Positions 22,973 through 34,202 of a stretch of 64,000 bases of DNA are shown one piece after another; the first letter of the stretch is position 1, and each line of letters starts with the position of its first letter. The notes under the pieces were generated by a model, which searched no databases, had not been told where the DNA came from, and saw only the letters and a program-made list of their open reading frames with translations. The stretch is from NCBI GenBank assembly GCA_004431415.1, contig QPMI01000022.1, positions 1 through 64,000 on the forward strand, read 5' to 3'. The position numbers and the translations under genes were made by a program. The stretch is from Cyanophora paradoxa CCMP329. Lineage: Eukaryota; Plantae; Glaucophyta.

Positions 22973-24926
22973 CCTCTAGTCTACTCCAGCACTGTGGGGG
23001 CGTGTACAGGCAAGGTAGGGCATGATCGATCGGAATTATGTGGAACGGGCGGGATTCGAAGGCATGACCAACCAACCCTTAAGCTTGCATGTAATATATA
23101 TATTAATTGCGCATATATCAAGCCTGCAACATTAATTGCGCGCGCAGGATGAGGTCGACCCCGCCATCGAGCCCCTGCCCGCGGAGGAGGACGAGGCGTC
23201 ATACGAGGCGGCCATGCAGGTGCGCGGGCCGGGGCCGGGCGGGAGCAGGCTTAAGCTTTCGGCCGCGCCCCGCGGCCCGGCTCGGTACCAGTCCCTCCAC
23301 CGTGGCACTGATTATGACGCCCGACACGTGCACGTGCACCGGCCGCCGGGCGATCAGAAGAAAATCCGCGAGCAGCGCCGGCGCCGCACCGTCCACTGGG
23401 GCCTCCCCGCCATCGTCGAATTTTCCGCCCCCGATCGCGAGCCCCCCAGCCCCCGCTCCCGCCGCTCTAAGAGGTGCCCGTCGACGTCATCGCTCGAGTT
23501 CTTAAGCTTGTCTGTGTTTTCCTCGCTCCGATTCCCCGCGCGTGCCCGCAGCATGTGCCTCCCGCGGCCGCTCAAGTCTGTCCTTTGCAGCGGCGCGGTT
23601 TCGATATCGGGCCCCGCCCAGGGCGCCGGCCTGCAGCTGGCCACCGACCGCCCCCTCCCAACCTCGAGCTCCACCGCCAGCTGCAAATTTGGAGGCTTCG
23701 CGGCCGCCTGCCGCCTGCCGGCCGTCACGAACCCCTCCGGCCCCGCCCCCGCGGCCGTAGCACCGTCGCCTTACAATAATTACGAGGCGCCAAAGCCGAT
23801 CGCGGCGTCGATCGCGGCCCCGCGCTCGAGCTCGATCGATACCTCGATCGATATCGGGGATCTGGAGCCGCGGGGCAAGGCTTCGGCCCCCTCCAATTCG
23901 TGGACGGCCGGGTCCCGGGCCCGACCCCCCCACGTCCTGACGTGCCCCCGTATGGTCGTCTTGGCGCCGGCCCCCCCTCCACTCGTCTTGGCGGTCGCGG
24001 AGCCCACCACCACCCAGCTCACGGAGCTCGCCGGTACCCTCCTAAGCGGTCTCGGCCTCGATCGCGACCCCCTCCTCCTCGACGATCGCGAGGCCGCGCC
24101 CGTACCCCCCTCCCTCGCCCCCCCCAAGCCCAACGGCAAGCTGCAGCTGGCGCCCCTCTCGCCCTCCACGGGCTCCCCGCGACCGAGCTCGAGCGCGGCC
24201 GCGGGCCCGCACCGGCCCCGCCTCTCCCGATCGCGATCGCGGTCCCGGTCGCCCACCGGTGATGTCGATCACGATTACGAGGCGTCGGCGCGGCGGGACC
24301 CGTCGCTGCCGCCTCCCAAGCCGCAGCTGCCTGTCGCGGCCCGCGGGCGCCCCGTCGACCTGCCCGCCCGCCGGACTCGCGATCGGCGCTCCTCACCGTC
24401 GGGATCGGGGTCCCCTTCGCGCTCCCCCTCCCTCTCTACGCCCCGCCCCGGGACGCCCCATGGCCAGGGCCCACCCAGCTCCTCCTCGCTCAGCACCTCC
24501 AGCCTCAGCTCCATCGGCAGCGCCGGCTGCGGCTCCGGGTCGGCGCCGACGACGCCCAAGTGCCAAGGCGCGATCGCGACCAAGAGCCCCGGGCCGGCGC
24601 TGGCGCCAGCCGCAGCGCCGGCATCCGCGCCCAAGTCCCAACAGGGCGCCAGCTGCAGTCAGAGCTCGAGGCAGGCCTGCGGCCGCGGCCTTCGCCCGCC
24701 GAGCTCGGGCACGGAGGGCCGCCCCAAGGAAAGGGATCCGGGCCTGAAGGCGCCGCTCTCGAAGGTCCCGAGCCTGAAGCCTTTGAAGGCGCTGCCCTTA
24801 CTCGAGCGCGAGCTCGACGAGCTCGATCGCGAGCTGCAGGAGGCTGCAAATGGGCGCCGCTCGCTGCGGCAGTGGGTGGTACGTATACCGGTGCGGCCCG
24901 CCGCGGCAAGTACGTCCGCTTCTTGA
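22973..24926 (+). CDS. 3' part of a host gene, Pro/Ser/Ala-rich hypothetical protein
   Basis: Long GC-rich frame 23,148-24,926 opening at a splice acceptor; candidate 42-nt exon at 22,973-23,014. No recognisable domain. Confidence 0.45.
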
Positions 24927-25280
24927 TCATGATCCGCGATCTTCTTTATTATCCTGCAGCTGCCAGGCTGTATAATTAAGCTTCTCCCCGGCCCTAGCTA
25001 CTAGGCTATAGGCCTGATCATGATCGATATTAAATCCGCTGGCCGGATCTAACTCTCAGAGTCTTCAGTGCGTGCTTCTATTCCCAGTTAATGCTCGTGA
25101 TTGTAATTAGTCGCACCGAGTCTGTCTCTCCGTGTACATAATTAATATTTGATCTGTCCGTGTCTTTGGATATGTATACGTATGTACGCGCGGCCGACAT
25201 TTACGTCGACCGCAGATCTAGAGCCCGAGAGAGGCCCTCGAGCTTGCCGATGGGTCTAGGCCCCTAGCCTCGCCCTGCGC

Positions 25281-26464
25281 CTAACACGGTGCGGGTCCGG
25301 CGCCGGGCGGCGCGGGCGGCGGCCCTCCGCCGGGGACGGGCGCCGCCGCCTCTGCTGCCGCCGCCTCCGCCGCGGCCGCCTCGGCCCGCAGGACGGTGAC
25401 GAGGAGGGCGTTCAGCTGCCGCCACGCGAACTTGGCGTCTGGGTCGGAGTCGGCGCCCGGGGCGAGGGCCGTCACGTTGATCTTCCGGAAGCGAGCGGCG
25501 CGCAGGAGGCGCGCGTCGCCCGCCACGGCGCGGAGGAGGCACAGGAGGGCGGGCACGGGCCAGCGCGCCCGTTTCACAAAAGGTGACCCAACGGAAGTAT
25601 CCCCCAAAGCGAGCTCCAGCTCCTGCAGATTCGGGAGCGATCGCAGTACCCCCAGGAACTCATCCACCGCCTCGCAGGCTGCGGGGCGATCGTGAGATGC
25701 CGGAAAGGGGGGGGGGGGGGGGGTGCGAGGTGTATGGGAGGCGAGAGGGGAGTTTCGGGGGGTTTCAGAGGGGGGGGGGGGGGGGGGGGGGGGGTTCGGG
25801 GCTTAAAGGCCTTGGCGCTGGCGAAGCCGTGCCGGACATTCCTGCAAGCATGCGAGTGCGCGTGACCGTCTGCTCCCGCGACAGGGCGAGGCGGGTAGAG
25901 CGGGTCTGTTCTGTACCGGCCGCGGCCGGTGGAAAATCCATTGGAGCGCCACGCCACGTCAATCCTGCGCCGCACCGGCGGACTCGAGCGCGTGAGATGC
26001 GGTTTCAGACGAACGCGGGCTGCGGCGGGTTCTAGCCGCCCCATCAGCTGCAAGTTGCCTGAAACGCACAGCTCAAAGACATTCTGGTTGACGCGTCGCC
26101 ACTTGCGGCACACGTCGAGGCAGGTGAACGCCGGCGCCCGACTGCAGCGAGCTGCAGCTCAGGACGGGCTCGTTGACGTGACGGAAGATCAGCTGCAGGA
26201 TCTCGTCTGGGAGGCTGTTGATCGCGCATGCGCCATCGTTGACGTCGGCGCTTGCTTCGAATTCGAGTTGCGGTCCCGTCCGCGCCGCACGCTTCACCGG
26301 CCGCGGAGGCTCGGCCTCTGCGGCGTCCTGCTGCTGGTCCTCATTGAGGCGCACGCTTCGACCACTCCGCAGCACGCGTTCATGATCACCCTGTCGCCGA
26401 GATAAAGAGATCGGCGCGGGAGGCAGGGGCAAGGACCAGGAGGTCGCACCGCAGGCTCGCTCAT
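25281..26464 (-). pseudogene. Internally deleted copy of the F-box gene at 41,994-44,358
   Basis: Same N-terminus (INSLPDEILQLIF) and C-terminus (EFLGVLRSLPNLQELELALG), but the ~1.2 kb after KAFK is missing (junction ~25,800). Confidence 0.75.
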
Positions 26465-27989
26465 TGCAGCTGCGGAGTGCGTGGGCTGTGTGCTGTTTGG
26501 CGCTTTGTGCGTGGTACGAAGGTCGCTAGCGGGAGCTGCACGTTCGCCTGATGTCCGCCAAAGGATGTGCTTCGGTATCAACTGCAATGAAAGTTCTGCG
26601 CAGAGCTTGCTCGCTGAGGCCCACGAGCGCCGAGCCCGCTCGCTTCAGCGGCGACTGTACACTGTACCCCACAAGAGCGAGCTCGCTCGGCGGCGTTCCT
26701 TGCTGGCCATCCTCTTCGTCTTCTGTTCTCCTCCTCCAGTTCGTCTCAACCGATGCCAGCCTGCAGCCAGGCGTTCCTCGCACCCGTGGCGGCGCTCTCA
26801 ACTCCGCCGCGCGTGCCAGCCGCCGCTGTGCACGGACTCACAATCTGCGCTGTAGACGTTGCGGCCCGGCCTCGTCGGGCGCGGGCGGGCCCCAGCGTGA
26901 GCAGCGCATTCAGCGGCGAGAAGCTGCGGTTCCGCGCGACCGCGGCCAGAGCGCCTGAAGCGCCCAATGTCTTCCGTATCAGCTGCGAGGCTGCTGCAAG
27001 CGGTGCGTAGCCGGGTTGACGCCCCCGATGCGATTCTAGATCTGTGCGCTAACAGTAGCAGCCAGGCTCGGCAGCGTTGACGGGCACGACTGTCTGGATT
27101 CAGAAGGACGTCGGAATTAAGCCTCGTGCGCGGTTTGCTTCGGGCTTCGCGGGCTGTGAGTCGTGCTGACCGCGCCGCGCGCGCACGCGCACGCTCTGCA
27201 TGCGCATACGCTTGCAGGGTCCCGCGGCTGCCACCTCATCCACATGGAGCTGCTGAACGCGCTGCGCGACGATCTCAAGGGCATCAAGGTCGGCACGGCG
27301 CACTTCTTCCTCATGGTCCGACCCCCGCATGCACGAAGCGGCCGCGTCGACGTCGCACGCTGATCGCCCGCGCGCCGCAGCACACGAGCGCCTCGCTGAC
27401 GATCAACGAGAACGCGTCGCCGGACGTGCCCGTGGACATGGAGATGGCACTGAACCGAGTCGTGCCGGAGGTGCCCATCCTCGCTGCCCAGGCCCAGGCC
27501 CTCTTCCGTCGGCTTATGCGCCCCGCGCTCCAGTCCTGGCCCTACGACCACGCAGACGAGGGATCCGACGACATGCCGGGTACATGCGCCTCCTCCGCCC
27601 CCGGGCCGGGGGGCCCTCCCCTCCGGATCCCCCTTCTGCCCTGCTCTAGTTTTCCCAGCGTCGGGCGCCGCGCGCGCCCTGCGCCTATGCTTAGCCTGCA
27701 TGCAACTGACCCGCTGCGCTGCGAGCAGCGCACGTCAAGTCCGCGCTCGTCGGCAACTCGCTCAGCATCCCGATCAAGGACGGGAGGCTTCACATGGGTA
27801 CGCTTCTTCTGATCGATTGAGTTCACGTGGAAGGGTCTTCGTTCTCACACACCTTCGTTCGCGCGCAGGGATGTGGTGCGCGCGCGCGATACGCGTACCC
27901 CCTCGCTCTCCTTTTTGCGGACGGGCGAGCTGACTGAGCTCGCCCCCCCTCCCCCAGGCAGGGGATCTGGCTCTGCGAGCACAGGAACT
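26165..27989. repeat. Tandem segmental duplication, copy 1
   Basis: Near-identical to 29,168-30,993; the differences I saw are homopolymer indels. Confidence 0.95.
26753..27989 (+). pseudogene. YjbQ/UPF0047 gene copy truncated in its last exon
   Basis: Matches the complete copy up to ...LCEHRN, then diverges into the spacer. Confidence 0.75.
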
Positions 27990-29167
27990 TCCCTGATGCA
28001 TATGCAGGTGTCCGCGCGGAGCGGCGGCCACATTAAACGAACTACAGTCCCGTGGTAATGCAGGTGCAGTGTCCCGGCTGGATCAAATCGAGGCAGATCC
28101 CGAGCGCGGCTGGATCGGCGACTCTCTGTTCGAATATCAAATAGTACACACTCTACACGACATCTACGCCTACCGACGCGCGCCAGGCGGAAAGGGCCTA
28201 CGAGCTCCTGCTGATCCCAAGGCCCCCCCTAACCAGTTGCTGCCGCCGCGCTCCGCTGGAACCGCGGCGCCGGGCGCCGCGCTCCGCGCCCGGATAGCCG
28301 CACTCAAGGAGCGCACGCCGCGCGCCACGGAGCCGCCCGCCAGCGAGACCGCGCCCTGGGCGGCCACATCCAGAGAGGCGGGGCCGGCGGCGCCGAGGGC
28401 TGCCCGGCGGAAGATCTGATCCTGAGCGGCGTTTTCGTGAGCACTCAGGGCATAGATCCAGGCGGCGCGCAGCGACTCGGGCGAGGACGCACGGGCGCGG
28501 CCGCGGGACCGAGAATGCGCGGCGGTGTTCGACCCGCGGGCGCCCCGGCTGCCTGCGCGGGCCGTGAGCGTTCTCGTCGGAGTCCGTGCATCTCAGAAAG
28601 AGCTTCTGCGCGACAGGCGGCGGGCTGGTCCGCACCTGGCGCTCGGCGTTCGACTTCTCCCGAGGCCGGTCGCGGCGCAGGTGCGTGGGCGGCCGCGGAG
28701 ACACTAGCTACGAGAGCTCCGGAGATCTCCGACGACAGTGCCGCTCGCTGGACGCGTGCCGCCCTCGCGTGTCGGCCGCATGCGCGGGCTTGCCGCCGCC
28801 GGGGCGCTAGGCGAAGGCGCAGCTGTAGCTAGCTAGTGCTGAGCGCGCGGCTCTGCATCTCGCAGCGCTCCTAGCTAGTGGGCCTGCGACTTCGCCGCGC
28901 GGCTGCCGCCGTGCATGCACGTAGCCCTGTTCCGGGTTGCTAGCGCTAGCCTGCAGCAGGCCTAGCCGGGCTCACCCGGTTAACCCGGTTCCATGACGGT
29001 ACCCCCGGTGGGGATCGGACCGGTCGTCGACGAGGGAACGGACCGGGCTCTAGGATTTGCGGTGCCGGACCACTGCCGGTCGTCCGGAACACGTTCCGGA
29101 TCCGGTCGACGCTACCGGCCGGATGTCGCCTTAAGCGCCTGATTTCCCCGGACTTGGGAATGCAATG

Positions 29168-30993
29168 CGGGCTCGTTGACGTGACGGAAGATCAGCTGCA
29201 GGATCTCGTCTGGGAGGCTGTTGATCGCGCATGCGCCATCGTTGACGTCGGCGCTTGCTTCGAATTCGAGTTGCGGTCCCGTCCGCGCCGCACGCTTCAC
29301 CGGCCGCGGAGGCTCGGCCTCTGCGGCGTCCTGCTGCTGGTCCTCATTGAGGCGCACGCTTCGACCACTCCGCAGCACGCGTTCATGATCACCCTGTCGC
29401 CGAGATAAAGAGATCGGCGCGGGAGGCAGGGGCAAGGACCAGGAGGTCGCACCGCAGGCTCGCTCATTGCAGCTGCGGAGTGCGTGGGCTGTGTGCTGTT
29501 TGGCGCTTTGTGCGTGGTACGAAGGTCGCTAGCGGGAGCTGCACGTTCGCCTGATGTCCGCCAAAGGATGTGCTTCGGTATCAACTGCAATGAAAGTTCT
29601 GCGCAGAGCTTGCTCGCTGAGGCCCCACGAGCGCCGAGCCCGCTCGCTTCAGCGGCGACTGTACACTGTACCCCACAAGAGCGAGCTCGCTCGGCGGCGT
29701 TCCTTGCTGGCCATCCTCTTCGTCTTCTGTTCTCCTCCTCCAGTTCGTCTCAACCGATGCCAGCCTGCAGCCAGGCGTTCCTCGCACCCGTGGCGGCGCT
29801 CTCAACTCCGCCGCGCGTGCCAGCCGCCGCTGTGCACGGACTCACAATCTGCGCTGTAGACGTTGCGGCCCGGCCTCGTCGGGCGCGGGCGGGCCCCAGC
29901 GTGAGCAGCGCATTCAGCGGCGAGAAGCTGCGGTTCCGCGCGACCGCGGCCAGAGCGCCTGAAGCGCCCAATGTCTTCCGTATCAGCTGCGAGGCTGCTG
30001 CAAGCGGTGCGTAGCCGGGGTTGACGCCCCCGATGCGATTCTAGATCTGTGCGCTAACAGTAGCAGCCAGGCTCGGCAGCGTTGACGGGCACGACTGTCT
30101 GGATTCAGAAGGACGTCGGAATTAAGCCTCGTGCGCGGTTTGCTTCGGGCTTCGCGGGCTGTGAGTCGTGCTGACCGCGCCGCGCGCGCACGCGCACGCT
30201 CTGCATGCGCATACGCTTGCAGGGTCCCGCGGCTGCCACCTCATCCACATGGAGCTGCTGAACGCGCTGCGCGACGATCTCAAGGGCATCAAGGTCGGCA
30301 CGGCGCACTTCTTCCTCATGGTCCGACCCCGCATGCACGAAGCGGCCGCGTCGACGTCGCACGCTGATCGCCCGCGCGCCGCAGCACACGAGCGCCTCGC
30401 TGACGATCAACGAGAACGCGTCGCCGGACGTGCCCGTGGACATGGAGATGGCACTGAACCGAGTCGTGCCGGAGGTGCCCATCCTCGCTGCCCAGGCCCA
30501 GGCCCTCTTCCGTCGGCTTATGCGCCCCGCGCTCCAGTCCTGGCCCTACGACCACGCAGACGAGGGATCCGACGACATGCCGGGTACATGCGCCTCCTCC
30601 GCCCCCGGGCCGGGGGGCCCTCCCCTCCGGATCCCCCTTCTGCCCTGCTCTAGTTTTCCCAGCGTCGGGCGCCGCGCGCGCCCTGCGCCTATGCTTAGCC
30701 TGCATGCAACTGACCCGCTGCGCTGCGAGCAGCGCACGTCAAGTCCGCGCTCGTCGGCAACTCGCTCAGCATCCCGATCAAGGACGGGAGGCTTCACATG
30801 GGTACGCTTCTTCTGATCGATTGAGTTCACGTGGAAGGGTCTTCGTTCTCACACACCTTCGTTCGCGCGCAGGGATGTGGTGCGCGCGCGCGATACGCGT
30901 ACCCCCTCGCTCTCCTTTTTGCGGACGGGCGAGCTGACTGAGCTCGCCCCCCCTCCCCCAGGCAGGGGATCTGGCTCTGCGAGCACAGGAACT
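29168..30993. repeat. Tandem segmental duplication, copy 2 (includes F-box 5' fragment 29,168-29,467, minus strand)
   Basis: Offset about 3,003 nt from copy 1. Confidence 0.95.
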
Positions 30994-31043
30994 ACGGCGG
31001 CCCGAGGCGGCTGTGCGTCACTCTGACCGGCCTCCAGGCCTGA
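29757..31043 (+). CDS. yjbQ: YjbQ/UPF0047 family protein with plastid-transit-like N-terminus, multi-exon
   Basis: Spliced: ...VWIQKDV..RSRGCHLI...HTSASLTINENASPDVPVDM...HADEGSDDMPAHVKSALVG...GMWQGIWLCEHR...TGLQA-stop. Confidence 0.88.
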
Positions 31044-32580
31044 GGCCGCGGTCGGTGTCCACTGGGCCAGGTTAGCAGTCCCGGAACTTGTCTTGCGCAT
31101 GCGCGATTCGGCTTCTGTTTCGTCTAGAAACTCACTGCCCGCCCCCTGGCCCCAGATCTAGCTAGGCCTAGATGTGGCGCACCCTTCCGAAGGCGTTTAC
31201 AGGCCAGCTGTGAGCTGTGGCCTTTATAATTCGGCGCCCGTTGGCCCGCGGTCCCCGGGACCGCAGCCCAGGGCTCGCTCTCCCGGCCGCGCGGGGGCCC
31301 AGCTCGTGGGCGGGAGAGGAGGGGCGGGGGCTGTGGGTGTGTGTGGGCCTAGGGACCAGGGGGCCGGCCGGCGGGGGCCGGGCGTTCCAGCCTGGCTAGC
31401 GCTGCAGCTGACAATCATTGAATGCTAGCGGCTCGATCAGGCCTAGGGGCCGGGGGCCCGGCGGGGCTATCCAGGCTGCCCGGGCGCGGCCGCCAGCCGC
31501 GCGCGGGCGCGCGGCCCAGGCCCACCTAAAGCTATAGGCCGCTAGGCAGCGCTCAGCTGCCGCAGTGCAGCTAAAGCTGTACTACGGTAGGCCGCTACGC
31601 TGCCGCTACTAGTGGCGCTGCAGCTGTGGGCGCCCCGCCCGGCGCCGGCGCGCCGGCCCCCTTCTATATATATATAGCTAGCGCTGCTCAGCCCTGCTGC
31701 GTTACCCCGCCGGCCTCGGGCCCCGGGCAGGCTGCTGGCAGCCTGCTGCTCATCATGGCATCAGGCTCATGATCATGATCAACCCCGGGCCCGAGGCCTG
31801 CTCTGCTGCGCATGCTCAGCGGCTGCGGAATTTCTGCGATCGGAGCTCTTGGAGATTGTCGTTTCCCCCCCTCTCGGAGTCACGGGCAACTTAACGTCCG
31901 CTTCGAACTTGGTCGCGCTCGCAAGCTTAAGCTTCTCCGCAAGTCCGATTCGAAAAATTCGGCTTGCACGGTTAACGTTGCACCGTGGCACGTGCAAAGA
32001 AACCGGTACTCCCGCGAAGAAGCTGCATGCGTCTGTAGGCGAGCGCGTCGGAGCGCCTACTATCGATATCATCGTTTTACAGCAGCAGCAGCACCTACAG
32101 CTGTGCGCGGAGGTGATCCTGCCGGCGAGATCGACGCGCACGCGAAAGTTTGTCCGCACTTACCAACTGCCGCAACGCTGCCGCCGGTGGCTTCGGCGAG
32201 TAGACTTGGCGCTCCACACTGTGACACGCGTGTGATCGCAGCAGCAGATCGGCGTGGCACCGTTAGAATTCCTCAGCGGGCACATCAATTGCAGCCTGCA
32301 TCATGGGCTGCATGCCTTGAAGGCCACTACATTGGTGCCCATCCGTCCAACCGACCGGCCCGAGCTTGCGCCGCTTCCCGCGCAAGCTGTCTCTTCCTCG
32401 AAGTTCTCCGTCGACAGTACCGTGGGCCGGGCTAGCGTCGGCCGCTGTTCAGCCGCTGAGCAGCGCCAGCTGCAGGCCTGCTAGGCTCAGCGCCATGTCG
32501 GGGTGCACTAGTTCTTGCCGCGCACCTTCTCTCTCATTCGTCTCTCGCTTCGTGAAGCTGAGCGTTCTCGGTGCAGGCCG

Positions 32581-33668
32581 ATGACCTGGTTGGGCCCTCC
32601 GGCGGCGCGACCTGACGGCCATGTGCATGGTCATGGCCAGCGACAGCGCGATGAGAGCTGGACGTTGCCGAACCGCGAGTACGACATCGATGCGGCTTTC
32701 CACTTGCTGGCCCGCCGTCCCCGGCACCAGCCGTATGGATTCGCGGGGCGAGCGCTGGAAATGCAGATGCAGCCGCCGCCGCACATCCCGCAACCACAGC
32801 CGCCGCCGCAGGACCCCAGCCACCTCTGGCAGATGTGGTCGCTGCAATCCGATCGGCCGCAAAGCGCCAGCTCGAGCCCGTCCGTCGGAAGCTACGGCGC
32901 CGGCCGCGCGGGCGGCGCGAGCGCGAGCGCCAGCGCGAGCGCGATCTATTTCGAGGGGTTCCCAGTCGGGCACCTGCAGCGGGCGTCGATGTGGCCGCGC
33001 GAGGACGCCGCGGCCCCCTTCGTCTGGCCGCCCGCCGCGGCATCGTCGTCGCATCCGCCGGCGCGGCCGGCCGGGGCCGGCCCCGCGGCGAGCTCGAGCT
33101 CGCGGCCGGGGGGAAAGAAGGCGGCGCGGCCCGTGTGGTCCCCAGCGGCCGACGACCCCATCCTCGTCATGACCAGCGTCCCGCCCCTCGTCGTGGGCCC
33201 TCCGGGCCCTCCGTCCGCCAGGCGGCGCTCGGCCCCCTCGGCCTCCTCGGCCGCGGCCCGCCGCGCCGCGCCGCAGGGCGCCCCCAAGCCTCAGAAGAGG
33301 GCCCGCGAGGGCGGCGCAGACGGCCGGGACCGGGTACGCGTTCTTCCCGTTTAAGCTCGACCGCCCCGGCCCCGCTGAGCGGCGCGCAGGCGCAGGCGCA
33401 GGCGCCGGAGTCGTCTCCGGCGGGGCGGGCCGGGCCCGACCCCTCCGAGCGGAAATGCGACCCGATTTCCATGCTTGGAAGCCTGCTCCCGCTCACCCAG
33501 GGGCCGCCGCCCCCGCAGAGCATGCCGTTTCTTCCCCCCGCCCCCGCCCCCTCCCCGCCCCCGCCCCCGGCGCATCCGTCCTCCGAAGGTCCCTCCCCCC
33601 GGCGGCACTCCGACCCCGCGGCTCCACCCCCCGCCTTTCCTTTCCCTGGGCTCTTGAGCTTCCCGTGA
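32581..33668 (+). CDS. Hypothetical Pro/Ala-rich host protein (probably two exons)
   Basis: ATG 32,581, GTACGC donor at ~33,334, CAG acceptors at ~33,389-33,401, stop 33,668, TGTAA downstream. Confidence 0.45.
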
Positions 33669-34202
33669 CGTCACCCTCCGGTCCGGCTTTTGGAGGCCCC
33701 CTGCTGGTTTTTGGGCCAGCCCGGCCCTCAGCACGCGGCGTGCCGCCTGTAAAGCGCACGTCCGGCACGGCGCACGAAATTGAGATCCCCTTTTCGCAGT
33801 CCAGGGCGAATCCCTGAGATTGGTTTTGGGCGTTTATCCTTAGGCGGATGCAGAGATCCGAGTCAGGCTTAGGATTACCAGGCTAGTTTCACAGCAACGC
33901 ACTAGAACAGTTCGAATTCGAATTCTTTAATTCCACGCCACATAATCTCTTAGATAAGATAACCGGTACGTATATGTGGTTGTACCAGTGCTCATTCTGC
34001 TACAAATTAATTTATACCCTACTTAGTTAAGTGTATACGTACTGCGCAGCTGGTACCGGTAGACTCTGAGAGCCACACCGCTCCTTGCTGTGTTTGTGCG
34101 AAGAGTATAGTACATCGATATCCTGATCATTAAACACTGATACAGAACGATCTAGAGCTCGTTCGAACAACGCCATGCGCGGCCCTGCCAGGCTGGGCCG
34201 CT

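Noticed and set aside
25700-25800. Poly-G/C tracts as functional G-quadruplex elements (also ~36,130, ~38,220, ~43,880)
   Set aside because: They are intronic homopolymers of unreliable length; no further support.
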